A stretch of DNA of 64,000 nucleotides, from contig CAZGOA010000003.1 of assembly GCA_964527425.1 (NCBI GenBank), positions 97,048 through 161,047 of the forward strand. The letters run 5' to 3'. Source of the stretch: an uncultured Gammaproteobacteria bacterium. GTDB taxonomy: Bacteria; Patescibacteriota; Microgenomatia; UBA10105; UBA927. The stretch's first letter is position 1; the number at the start of each line of letters is the position of its first letter. A program made the position numbers and the translations under genes. The notes under the pieces are model-generated. The model ran no database searches and was not told where the DNA came from. It saw only the letters and a program-made list of their open reading frames with translations. Of this stretch, positions 29,725-39,192 are shown piece after piece.

Positions 29725-30734
29725 AAGCTCTCGATATTCTTTTTTTCGGAAGTTCGTGTGATTCTGTCATTATTCTCGATGCAATTACTCAAGCGACGTT
29801 CTCTGACTATTCAGTAGATATACATACCGTTGTTACTCAACCTCCAAGACCAATCGGAAGAAAACATGTTATAACTTCTACACCAGTAGAATTATGGGCA
29901 AAAGAACACTCGATCCCGGTATTACATTTTCAAACAAAAAATGGAAGCCCTACTCAATTTGAAGATGAACAAGACGTAATACGCACCATTCAACGCAACC
30001 GCTATGACCTGATTATCAGTGCTAGTTATGGACAACTCATACCCTGGGATAGTATACAATCTGCAACATTTGGCGGTATTAATATCCATCCATCTTTGCT
30101 TCCTCGTTGGCGTGGTGCTGATCCAATCCCCTGGTCAATATTAGCATCCGATGCAGAAACAGGTGTTAGTATTGTTAGTTTAAGTAAACAGTTCGATGAG
30201 GGGAAAATACTCGCACAACAATCAATCCTCATATCGTCCAACCATCAGAGAGAGCCATTACGAAAAACACTGTTTACGCTTGGAGCCAAACTGCTTTCTG
30301 AAGTGCTCATTTCTTATGTTAACGGATCACTGAACACAATGCCCCAAGATCCAGCTTCTGCCACCTATGCACGGAGATTACAAAAAGAAGATGGCTTTCT
30401 TCCGTGGGGTATCTGTACCAGGATAATAAACAAACAACCACTTGCTGTAGAACAAATTATAGAACTTTCAACAATCGCACATATTTCCAAACAACTAGAT
30501 ATAACAGGACTCGCAAAAACCTATACACAATCATCTGTGTTTTTAGATCACTTCTTTAGAGCTCTTTCACCGTGGCCCGGCGTATGGACAATAGTACCTT
30601 TTAAGGGAAACCCTACCAGAATGAATATACGCTCTATTACAACAACTGACGCTCAAACAACTATTGAAACAGTTCAGTTAGAAGGTAAATTACCCACTCT
30701 TTTCTCTGAAATCAACAAATATATCCAGGACTAA
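29721..30734 (+). CDS. fmt: Methionyl-tRNA formyltransferase
   Basis: VVTQPPRP, ASYGQLIP, INIHPSLLPRWRGADP; follows def. Confidence 0.93.
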   Translation: MKALDILFFGSSCDSVIILDAITQATFSDYSVDIHTVVTQPPRPIGRKHVITSTPVELWAKEHSIPVLHFQTKNGSPTQFEDEQDVIRTIQRNRYDLIISASYGQLIPWDSIQSATFGGINIHPSLLPRWRGADPIPWSILASDAETGVSIVSLSKQFDEGKILAQQSILISSNHQREPLRKTLFTLGAKLLSEVLISYVNGSLNTMPQDPASATYARRLQKEDGFLPWGICTRIINKQPLAVEQIIELSTIAHISKQLDITGLAKTYTQSSVFLDHFFRALSPWPGVWTIVPFKGNPTRMNIRSITTTDAQTTIETVQLEGKLPTLFSEINKYIQD

Positions 30735-30784
30735 CCACAGAAAATAAATTGTAATAATCACTTAAAGTCTATACAATTTTTATA

Positions 30785-33400
30785 ATGAAACATGCATATG
30801 CTCTTGATATAAAAGAAATATTGTTACAAATAAAAGTAGACGAGAAAAATGGATTATCTGAGCATGAACGGGAAACACGTCTTCAAAAATACGGTCCAAA
30901 TAAACTCCCTGAAGCACCCAAGCCGAGTATTATTCAGGATTTTGTAGATCAACTTAAAAACCCTATCGTGCTGCTCCTTCTTGGCACATCAGTTATCGCA
31001 GGATTAACACACCGCGGAGTAGAATCAGCACTTATTATCAGCATAGTTTTATTCATGGCGGGTATCGGTGTGTTTCTTCAAAAACAATCAGAAAAATCAC
31101 TCGAAAAACTCAAAACACTGCAAAGTAATACAACCACGGTACTTATAGATGGAAAGAATACGACAGTACCAACAGAATCTATTGTCCCGGGAGATATTCT
31201 CGTACTCAATGAAGGTGACAAAGTAGCAGCTGATGCCAGAGTAATTGAAAGTCGGGCAGGAAAAATAGATGAAGCTCCCCTTACTGGAGAATCACTGCCA
31301 GTCAGCAAACATAACAAACTTCTCAAAGAAGAAACAGCACTGGGAGATCGAATTAATATGGTATTTTCTGGAACATCTGTAGTTGCAGGAACCATAAAAG
31401 CAGTTGTTATCTCTACCGGTGCAGACACTGAATTAGGCAAAATCACAACCTATTTAAATGCACAAGACACAAGGCTCACCCCACTTCAAAAAGAGCTGGA
31501 ACATGTCGGACATATATTATTAATTTCGTGCCTTATTCTTGTAGGTATTATTTTGTTGGTCTTAACTGTTTACCATAATGAAAGTTTTATTGATTCACTC
31601 CTGACGACTATTTCTCTTGCCATCGCCATAGTCCCTGAAGGACTCAGCGCTGTTATGACTGTTACTCTCGCATTAGCAGTAAAAGAAATGGTGAAAAAGA
31701 AAGTAATTGTCAAAAAATTACTTGCTGCAGAAGGACTTGGATCTATTACTCATATAGCTACTGATAAAACAGGAACTATTACAGAAGGACGCATGCACGT
31801 TGTCAATATATATTTAAGTGAAAAACTCTATAAAGCCACAGACGATACCTTAAAAAAAGATACAAACTACAAACGATTAATTGACATTATTAAGTTCTGT
31901 AACAACAACAAGGGACCTACAGAACAGGCAATGGTTGCGTTTTTAGATAAGCACGGATACAGCTATGAATTAGAAGGACGAATGGTTGAATATATTTTTA
32001 ATAGTGATCACAAGCGAATGTCTGTAGTCAGAAAACATGAAGGACAAATGAGATTATTTAGTAAAGGTGCCCCCGATATTTTAATCCCCTTGTGTACGAC
32101 TGATATTACAGGAAATACATCCTTTACAGATAATGAAAAACAAAAAGCCCTCAAAATGGCAGAACACTTAGCCTCACAAGGATTTAGAGTATTGGCATTA
32201 GCCGATAAAGTGCATAACGGAACAGTTGATCCTGAAAAACGAACTGAGACAGAAGATAATCTCACCTTCATTGGGCTTGTAGCGCTTATGGATCCTTTGC
32301 GAGAAACAGTTGATGAAACAGTCACTGCTCTAAAACGTGCAGGTGTTACACCGTTAATGATTACAGGTGACCATCCTGCTATTGCCAGATATATAGCACT
32401 TGAAGCAGGAATAATCACCAATGAACATACAGAACTCGTCTTAACAGGGAACGATCTTGATGATCTGTTTGCCAGAAGTCAACTGCCTGATGCACAAAAA
32501 ACACTTCAGGCAGCTCGCGTCTTTGCAAGAGTGCGTCCTGAACACAAAGTCATGATTGTAGAAATGTACCAGCAATTAGGATTTCGTATAGCTATGACAG
32601 GCGACGGTGTCAATGATGCAGCAGCAATTAAAAGAGCAGATGTTGGTATAGCAATGAGTAATGGTATGGACGTTACTAGAGATATTTCAGATGTAGTTAT
32701 TACCGGTGCCTATGATGCTCTTATACGTGCAGTAGCAATAGGCAGAACAGTTAAATTACGCACACAACTGTATTTGCAATATCTCCTGTCAGGAAATGCT
32801 GTAGAAGTAGGAGTATTTTTAGTAGCCGTTTTTTTAAACTTACCTAACCCTTTAACACCGGTCATGTTACTGATAATAAATTTGCTTACAGATGCATTAC
32901 CTGCAATGGCAATGGCGGTAGAACCAGAAGATCCAGATATAACAAAAAGAAAAGTAACAAAGAAAACAGAACGAATTATGTCACCTCAAGTGATGCGGGG
33001 AATTCTTATTCAAGGTCTAACAGCAACAGCGGTAATCTCGTATGTTTTCTACAAATTTTTGCCTGAAGGTATCGAATATGCACAAACTATTGTGTTTACG
33101 TTCTTTGTATTTCATGAATCAATTCGTGGATTTACAGCAAGAAGTTTCACAAAATCTGTTTTTCAGTATGGAATATTTACAAATTATTTGATGAATCTGG
33201 CAATTCCATTGTCTATGGGAATTTGGGTTGTTATTGTATATTTGATACCTCATGTATTTAATATGGTCCCCCTTTCACCTACTATACTTTTTGAGTTATT
33301 ACTACTTTCAATTATCCCAGCAGTTATAGAAGAAGCGACAAAATTAGTAAACCGAATGCTAATCAAACGAAAACAGCATGAGCATTTTGATAGTATTTAA
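30785..33400 (+). CDS. P-type ATPase, type IIA (Ca2+-transporting-like)
   Basis: TGES, PEGL, DKTGT, KGAP, TGDGVND, NLLTDALPA. Confidence 0.93.
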   Translation: MKHAYALDIKEILLQIKVDEKNGLSEHERETRLQKYGPNKLPEAPKPSIIQDFVDQLKNPIVLLLLGTSVIAGLTHRGVESALIISIVLFMAGIGVFLQKQSEKSLEKLKTLQSNTTTVLIDGKNTTVPTESIVPGDILVLNEGDKVAADARVIESRAGKIDEAPLTGESLPVSKHNKLLKEETALGDRINMVFSGTSVVAGTIKAVVISTGADTELGKITTYLNAQDTRLTPLQKELEHVGHILLISCLILVGIILLVLTVYHNESFIDSLLTTISLAIAIVPEGLSAVMTVTLALAVKEMVKKKVIVKKLLAAEGLGSITHIATDKTGTITEGRMHVVNIYLSEKLYKATDDTLKKDTNYKRLIDIIKFCNNNKGPTEQAMVAFLDKHGYSYELEGRMVEYIFNSDHKRMSVVRKHEGQMRLFSKGAPDILIPLCTTDITGNTSFTDNEKQKALKMAEHLASQGFRVLALADKVHNGTVDPEKRTETEDNLTFIGLVALMDPLRETVDETVTALKRAGVTPLMITGDHPAIARYIALEAGIITNEHTELVLTGNDLDDLFARSQLPDAQKTLQAARVFARVRPEHKVMIVEMYQQLGFRIAMTGDGVNDAAAIKRADVGIAMSNGMDVTRDISDVVITGAYDALIRAVAIGRTVKLRTQLYLQYLLSGNAVEVGVFLVAVFLNLPNPLTPVMLLIINLLTDALPAMAMAVEPEDPDITKRKVTKKTERIMSPQVMRGILIQGLTATAVISYVFYKFLPEGIEYAQTIVFTFFVFHESIRGFTARSFTKSVFQYGIFTNYLMNLAIPLSMGIWVVIVYLIPHVFNMVPLSPTILFELLLLSIIPAVIEEATKLVNRMLIKRKQHEHFDSI

Positions 33401-33469
33401 GCTATTACTTGACGTATTGTTCTACATCGAATAGATTTAATATAGAACTAATTTTTTTAAAAAATCTAT

Positions 33470-33748
33470 ATGAAAAAGAAAACTGCCCCCTCAAAACAAA
33501 CGCGTAATAAAATATTAGATTTTTCTGCCTGGAATTTTGTGATTTTCTTAACGTTGACTTTTGTACTTATCGTTATTGTTGCCTTAACCATGGGTGATGA
33601 AGCCAGAGCATTACGGGCAAAAGCAGGACTTCAATGTCCGGACATAAAAACTCTTCCTCGTCCAGAAGATTGTCCTGGCGGAGAATGGACATATCAACGC
33701 GCAGACACTGGATGCGTTGAATTTGTTTGCAAAAGTACAGGAATGTAA
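33470..33748 (+). CDS. Small single-TM protein with a 4-Cys extracellular domain
   Basis: TM then CP...PEDCPGG...GCVEFVC. Confidence 0.7.
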   Translation: MKKKTAPSKQTRNKILDFSAWNFVIFLTLTFVLIVIVALTMGDEARALRAKAGLQCPDIKTLPRPEDCPGGEWTYQRADTGCVEFVCKSTGM

Positions 33749-33795
33749 TAACGCTTCTTTTTAAAAATATCTTGAAATAACTCAGGATGAAATAA

Positions 33796-34056
33796 TCAGG
33801 TGGTAGCGACTAAAGGAGTAGCTTCTGCAGCAGATTTTGCATTATCAAATTTTATTCGTTTAATACAACGTGTACATGCTCTCATCCTCGTCATCGTACC
33901 ATCCAGAGGTAATGTTACCCAATGAAGATTTGGTTTGAAAGACCTGATAACTCTCTGAGCTCTATGAGTCCAGCGTTGCCCTGCAACACCTCGGTGATGC
34001 TTATTCATACGACCAGAATGGGTCTTTTTTTCACAAATGTCACAACGGTATGCCAT
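33796..34056 (-). CDS. rpmB: 50S ribosomal protein L28 (Zn-binding form)
   Basis: CDIC, R.FKPNLH, CTRC; start reassigned to MAYR. Confidence 0.92.
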   Translation of the reverse strand: MAYRCDICEKKTHSGRMNKHHRGVAGQRWTHRAQRVIRSFKPNLHWVTLPLDGTMTRMRACTRCIKRIKFDNAKSAAEATPLVATT

Positions 34057-34116
34057 AAGAACCATTATTATAGTAAACTTTTGTGTATATAGCAATGTGT
34101 GATATCATAAAAGTCT

Positions 34117-34791
34117 GTGATCTTTGACTCTTTATCGAACCCTATTGCATTTATATTAAGTTTTGTAGCTATTGTTATCGCGATAACAATTCATGAATTT
34201 GCTCATGCATTTGCGGCCGATAGACTTGGGGATCCAACGCCAAGATTGCAGGGAAGACTAACACTTAATCCACGAGCTCATTTAGATCCCATAGGCACAA
34301 TCATGTTACTTTTAGTTCGATTTGGTTGGGGAAAACCAGTAGAATTTGATCCATTTAATCTTCGACACCCAAGAAGGGATGCAGCTATCATCTCTATTGC
34401 AGGCCCACTCTCCAATATTGCCCTTGCTACAATCTGTTCTCTCGTACTACATTTACTTGTTTCTGACATTGGATTTGTGTTAAGTACGTTTCTAGGTCAA
34501 TTTATGTTTTCCCTACTCTTGGGATTTTTAACATCTCTGATTTCTATTAATGTCGTTTTAGCAGTATTTAATCTTATTCCGATTCATCCACTTGATGGGT
34601 TTAAAATAATTGGAGGGATACTTCCTGAGGAAACAGCACGACAATGGTATGAACTTGAACGGTATGGATTTATCTTTTTAATCTTTTTATTATTACCATT
34701 AACAGGCGGTGCTGCTCCTATTGCAAGACTTATAGGCCCCCCTATTAATGTATTACTCCAACTATTTATACCCAGCGCTCCGTTTATATAA
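34117..34791 (+). CDS. Site-2 protease (M50) family
   Basis: HEFAH, AGPLSN, FNLIPIHPLDG. Confidence 0.94.
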   Translation: MIFDSLSNPIAFILSFVAIVIAITIHEFAHAFAADRLGDPTPRLQGRLTLNPRAHLDPIGTIMLLLVRFGWGKPVEFDPFNLRHPRRDAAIISIAGPLSNIALATICSLVLHLLVSDIGFVLSTFLGQFMFSLLLGFLTSLISINVVLAVFNLIPIHPLDGFKIIGGILPEETARQWYELERYGFIFLIFLLLPLTGGAAPIARLIGPPINVLLQLFIPSAPFI

Positions 34792-34843
34792 ACATTTCTT
34801 TCTATCGGTCAATGTTCCTAGGAATTAACTCACAAACATTTTA

Positions 34844-34871
34844 TTGACTTCTCAAAGAAACATAGTACTAT
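34844..34871 (+). promoter_or_regulatory. Sigma70-type promoter of the structured RNA
   Basis: TTGACT-16 nt-TACTAT, ending about 5-7 nt before the RNA 5' stem. Confidence 0.65.
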
Positions 34872-34875
34872 AAAG

Positions 34876-35037
34876 ATGCCCGTGTGGTTGGTTGGAGAAT
34901 ATTTTCTTCCACAAACCATTTCCAATGAGGTACCCACCATTGGTGGGAACAAGACTAAGTTTTATATTCCCGTGGGAGTATAAACAGTCTCTCCGAAATA
35001 TTTTATCGGAGAAAATACCTTCAACTCACTCGGGCGT
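34876..35037 (+). ncRNA. Structured ncRNA, putative 6S RNA
   Basis: 5' and 3' ends pair (ATGCCCG/CGGGCGT, GTTGGAG/CTTCAAC, TATTTTCT/AGAAAATA); A/C-rich bubble, apical hairpins, own promoter, T-rich tail. Confidence 0.62.
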
Positions 35038-35128
35038 ACTAATTTTTCACTCTTTTAATTCTTTCTTGTTCCTTTCGTTTCAAATTGATACAATTTCTTA
35101 TCCTAACGTCTTAGTTTCATAAGCGTTT

Positions 35129-35203
35129 GCCGAGATAGCTCAGCGGTAGAGCAACTGTTTTGTAAACAGTAGGTCCGGGGTTCGAATCCCCGTCTCGGCT
35201 CCA
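35129..35203 (+). tRNA. tRNA-Thr(TGT)
   Basis: Cloverleaf GCCGAGA/TCTCGGC, anticodon loop TTTGTAA, TTCGAAT, encoded CCA. Confidence 0.97.
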
Positions 35204-35241
35204 ACCGAACAGCACTGAACGAATTGAAGTAGTGTAAATTG

Positions 35242-35550
35242 TTAGGTTTTTTGTTTTAGAAATGGTGTATCTTTGAAGATCGTTTCAAGAATATTCATGT
35301 GTTTACCACTTAATGAGTATTCAACTCGTTTACCATACTTTTTTTTACTTACCCACCCGGCATCATAAAGTACTTTTAAATGGTGAGACATCAGACCACC
35401 GGAAAACCCAGTGATATCTATAATTTCCCTTACATCCATAGGCCGGAATGCCAATGTATACATAATTGATAACCTTGAAACATCCGCTATTGCTGATACT
35501 GTTTCCGAATATGGCAACATTTTGGCTTTCAGTCGAGTCTTTCTTGTCAT
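35242..35550 (-). CDS. ArsR/SmtB family regulator
   Basis: AD.SRL.I, MSHHLKVL..AG.V, GKRVEYSL. Confidence 0.88.
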   Translation of the reverse strand: MTRKTRLKAKMLPYSETVSAIADVSRLSIMYTLAFRPMDVREIIDITGFSGGLMSHHLKVLYDAGWVSKKKYGKRVEYSLSGKHMNILETIFKDTPFLKQKT

Positions 35551-35586
35551 ATTGACATTGTAAACTATTTTTTATAATACACAGGC

Positions 35587-36582
35587 ATGGAAATCTATGC
35601 TCCAAGACCTGTAGACGCAACTGGATTTGATATTTCAGAACGATCAGTTATAGAAGTAAGATTTCATCCAGTAACACATCCACTCTATCACTATAATCCC
35701 TATAATCATGAGCATAGAGTTTTTGAACCTTCAGAGAGGATTGGTACAGCATCTTCCACCATTAGAGAATCACCGTTCAGTATAGTATTTCTCATCAAAG
35801 ATGGTGAGCAAGAAATCGTTGGGAAACTACTCAAACGAACTCCTCATCAAATTCATAATCAAATACTGGTTCAATCAGGGCTGTTGCTTCAACTCGGACA
35901 ACACCCAAATATCGAAACATATCTCGGGATAGGAATCATAGATAATCCGCTTCAACCAGTGTTACTGACTGAATACGTAAAAGATAACCAGACAGTAGAT
36001 GACTATATGAATACAACGCAAAACCCAAAAGATATCGTTCCTATTATCCAGCAATTACTTGCTGCAGTATCACATGCCCACAACAGACGTATTGTCCATG
36101 GAGACATAACTCTTGAAAACATTCTCATTCAATCAATAAATTCTAGACCATTTTTAAAGTTGATTGATTTTTCTATTGGTGCATATATTCCACCTTATCT
36201 ACAAAGAATCAGAAGCCGAACTCCTATAGGTACAAAATATGCAACACCAATAGAACATACCCGCTCCTGTCTGTATGGATTTGCTGATGATATATATGGA
36301 ATTGGATATATACTCTATCAACTGCTACATGAACCTTACTATCAATCTGTTGAAAACGATTCGGATGAACAATCTACTATTGAAGCATTCATATTCAAAT
36401 CAATCGATTTTACATTGAAGAAACAGTACCAAGACATATTTAATGAATCTGACTTAAAAGAGGTATTGCGATGGGCTTTACATCAAGAATATGATCAGCG
36501 CATTCAGACTGTATCTGAATTAGCAACAAAATTAGATCAATGCCTGAAACAACCTTCCTTTTCATTCACAGAAGCACTATAA
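35587..36582 (+). CDS. Hanks-type Ser/Thr protein kinase-like protein
   Basis: VGK, HPNI, LTEYV, VHGDITLENIL, LIDFS, GTKY, DDIYGIG. Confidence 0.85.
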   Translation: MEIYAPRPVDATGFDISERSVIEVRFHPVTHPLYHYNPYNHEHRVFEPSERIGTASSTIRESPFSIVFLIKDGEQEIVGKLLKRTPHQIHNQILVQSGLLLQLGQHPNIETYLGIGIIDNPLQPVLLTEYVKDNQTVDDYMNTTQNPKDIVPIIQQLLAAVSHAHNRRIVHGDITLENILIQSINSRPFLKLIDFSIGAYIPPYLQRIRSRTPIGTKYATPIEHTRSCLYGFADDIYGIGYILYQLLHEPYYQSVENDSDEQSTIEAFIFKSIDFTLKKQYQDIFNESDLKEVLRWALHQEYDQRIQTVSELATKLDQCLKQPSFSFTEAL

Positions 36583-36592
36583 TACTTTAATC

Positions 36593-36677
36593 GCTGGGAT
36601 GCCGGAGTGGTCAATCGGATCAGACTGTAAATCTGACGCCTTAACGGGCTACCTAGGTTCGAATCCTGGTCCCAGCA
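36593..36677 (+). tRNA. tRNA-Tyr(GTA)
   Basis: GCTGGGA/TCCCAGC acceptor, CTGTAAA loop, long variable arm, CCA not encoded. Confidence 0.96.
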
Positions 36678-36753
36678 CAATAGTCACAATCTAATCCATA
36701 CTTCTTGCTTCTATATTATCAATTCAATAAAATCTACTTTCCAAACAAACTCT

Positions 36754-37224
36754 ATGACAAATACAGAAAAAGCTCCAATACACCCAACCCATAAACTCTT
36801 AAAAGCAAGTCAACTTAGAGAGGTACTCGACAGAAATAATTTACATCGTGTCGCTAGTATTCTTATTGATAATAATCATCTATCTGCATGTGATATCGGA
36901 TTACTAATTTCGCATGGAGAATCTCCCGTCTCATTTGCTTTGATTGCGACAAAGTCAATTCAATATTCCGCAGAACCTGAAATTGCCGTTTTATATACCT
37001 TCCCAAAATTTAGAGGCAAAGGATTTGGCAAACAACTCGTAATAGGTACACTAGATTTTTGCCAGAAAATGGGATTCCCAACTGTTCACATCAATGCATC
37101 CTCTCAAAAAACTGCATTGATTTGTAACAATTTACCAGAAAAATGGAAACAAATGTTACAGATACACGACTCAGGTTTTTATATCGATGAACTTATAGCT
37201 GCTGAAGAAAACTTACTCGGCTAG
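36754..37224 (+). CDS. GNAT family N-acetyltransferase
   Basis: LYTFPKFRGKGFGKQL acetyl-CoA motif. Confidence 0.8.
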   Translation: MTNTEKAPIHPTHKLLKASQLREVLDRNNLHRVASILIDNNHLSACDIGLLISHGESPVSFALIATKSIQYSAEPEIAVLYTFPKFRGKGFGKQLVIGTLDFCQKMGFPTVHINASSQKTALICNNLPEKWKQMLQIHDSGFYIDELIAAEENLLG

Positions 37225-37236
37225 GTGCAAACGAGA

Positions 37237-37917
37237 TTATTTTTTATTCTTTTTATCACTCACGATGATACCATCTTCTAAGGTAAGTATTCTGTCTGCT
37301 ACTCTGGCATATTCCTGTTCGTGTGTCACCATTACAATTGTTTGTCCGTTCCGATGTAACTCTTGAAATATCGATAGGATCTGACGGGATATTTGACTGT
37401 CTAAATTTGCAGTTGGCTCATCTGCAAATAGTATCTTTGGCCTGTGAACTATTGCTCTAGCAATGCTGACTCTCTGCTGTTGACCTCCAGACAACTGGCT
37501 TGGAGTATTATTCAGTTTGTCCCCTAACCCGACACCTTCAAGTGTTTCTGTAGCCATTTTTATTGAGCTATCGAGTGAATGATTCCTCATCAACAGGGCG
37601 GTTATTACATTTTCAATTGCTGTAAGAGATGGTATTAATGCATATTCTTGAAATACAAACCCAAGTTCCTTAAGCCGAAAGGAAACCCTCTCTTGTTCTG
37701 AAAATGCGTTTGTTTGAACACCATCCAAAACCACCTCTCCAGATGTCGGCACGTCCAATAAACTCATCTGATATAAAAGTGTGCTTTTCCCGGATCCTGA
37801 TTTTCCCATAATAGCAACGAATTCAGATCGTTGTATAGAAAACGATAAACCCTTAAGTACCGGAACAGAAGTATTACCGGTTGTATATGTTTTGACAAGT
37901 TTATTAACTTCTATCAT
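37237..37917 (-). CDS. ABC ATP-binding protein (MacB/LolD type)
   Basis: GKSGSGKST, LSGGQQQR, FADEPT; start reassigned to MIEV. Confidence 0.95.
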   Translation of the reverse strand: MIEVNKLVKTYTTGNTSVPVLKGLSFSIQRSEFVAIMGKSGSGKSTLLYQMSLLDVPTSGEVVLDGVQTNAFSEQERVSFRLKELGFVFQEYALIPSLTAIENVITALLMRNHSLDSSIKMATETLEGVGLGDKLNNTPSQLSGGQQQRVSIARAIVHRPKILFADEPTANLDSQISRQILSIFQELHRNGQTIVMVTHEQEYARVADRILTLEDGIIVSDKKNKK

Positions 37918-37918
37918 A

Positions 37919-39187
37919 TTATCTCCCCAAAATTGCATCGAGTGTATTCTGTTTAACGACAATTCTAGCTGGAATATATCCTGCAATAATGGTGGTAACT
38001 AATAATAGTCCAACCCTGATAAATACACCTTGTACGTCCGCTATAAAAATCCCATCAGAAAATGGAAAGTCAATCGGATTATTTGCAAAATATGGAACAA
38101 TCAAACCATAGACAATCACAAGTCCGATAAATGTTCCACAAACTGCATAAAATAATGACTGAAATATATACGAAGATTCAATTGCAAACCCATCAATACC
38201 AATCCCTTTCAAAATTCCAATATATTTTCTCCGAGTAATTGCATTGACAAAAATGACAATAAATATTGTTATAGAAGCAACAGCAAGTCCTATACTGCCA
38301 ATGACATCTCCCAATAATCTAAACGTGGATGTAATATCTTTAACAAATTGTGGTTGAGCTTCTTCCCATGTTTGAACAATCCCTAATGAATCGATATTAT
38401 TCCCAATCATCACTGATTTAACAAATTTGTCTTCTTGAGGTAATGTTGTTTTTATTGCAATTTCATTTACATTGAAATCATTGCGGTTAATCATGGGACG
38501 CAATTGCTGATCAATCATAATTATCCGACTATCAATTGCCTGAACTTTTGCTTTGGTAACACCGATAATAGTTACTTCTCGTGATACGTTATTTATTGTT
38601 AGTCTAATTTTGGAACCCACATCTGCGTTTTTAAGTACAGACATTCCTACTCCACTCGTTGACGTATATTTTTCAAGGAGTGATGCTCCCACAATAATTT
38701 CATCACGAGATCCTTCCTGAAAAAATCTGCCCTTAATCACTCTTGAAGCCAAACCTGTGGTCGTATTTTCTGCAACCGGATCTATACCTGCAACGACAGC
38801 ATTTATTGAGTCTTCGTCTTCATCAGGTACTGTTAGTTTTTTAAAATCTGCCTCGGCTTTACCATTTGCAACATAACGCATACTAAATGAACTAACACTC
38901 GGTAAAGTGTTTAAGATTCCCTGAATCAGATGTGTGTCTTCTATATACTGTTTTTGATCAAGTGTACGTATAAAAACATCGCCGGTATAGCGTTCTTTGT
39001 ATGCCACGACAGAACCTTGAGTGAGCCCTACTAATATCCCGCGAATTACAATAAGATTTAGAAACGTCAATGTCATTACCAAAGTAATAAGCAGTGTTGC
39101 CCAAATATTTGCTCGTTTTATTTCTCGAATTGCTAAAAAAAATCCAACTTTAAGAGATATGTTCAGCTTTTTAATTTGTTCTATCAT
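37919..39187 (-). CDS. ABC permease (MacB/FtsX-like)
   Basis: One TM, large extracellular domain, then 3 TM; RRKYIGILKGIG. Confidence 0.88.
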   Translation of the reverse strand: MIEQIKKLNISLKVGFFLAIREIKRANIWATLLITLVMTLTFLNLIVIRGILVGLTQGSVVAYKERYTGDVFIRTLDQKQYIEDTHLIQGILNTLPSVSSFSMRYVANGKAEADFKKLTVPDEDEDSINAVVAGIDPVAENTTTGLASRVIKGRFFQEGSRDEIIVGASLLEKYTSTSGVGMSVLKNADVGSKIRLTINNVSREVTIIGVTKAKVQAIDSRIIMIDQQLRPMINRNDFNVNEIAIKTTLPQEDKFVKSVMIGNNIDSLGIVQTWEEAQPQFVKDITSTFRLLGDVIGSIGLAVASITIFIVIFVNAITRRKYIGILKGIGIDGFAIESSYIFQSLFYAVCGTFIGLVIVYGLIVPYFANNPIDFPFSDGIFIADVQGVFIRVGLLLVTTIIAGYIPARIVVKQNTLDAILGR

Positions 39188-39192
39188 GGATA

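Noticed and set aside
34876-35037. SRP RNA, tmRNA, RNase P or intron-containing tRNA as the identity of the structured RNA
   Set aside because: No SRP domain IV motif and no T-arm or CCA end; too short for tmRNA or RNase P.
34892-35122. 76-aa ORF
   Set aside because: It overlaps the structured RNA, has a TTG start and no protein features.
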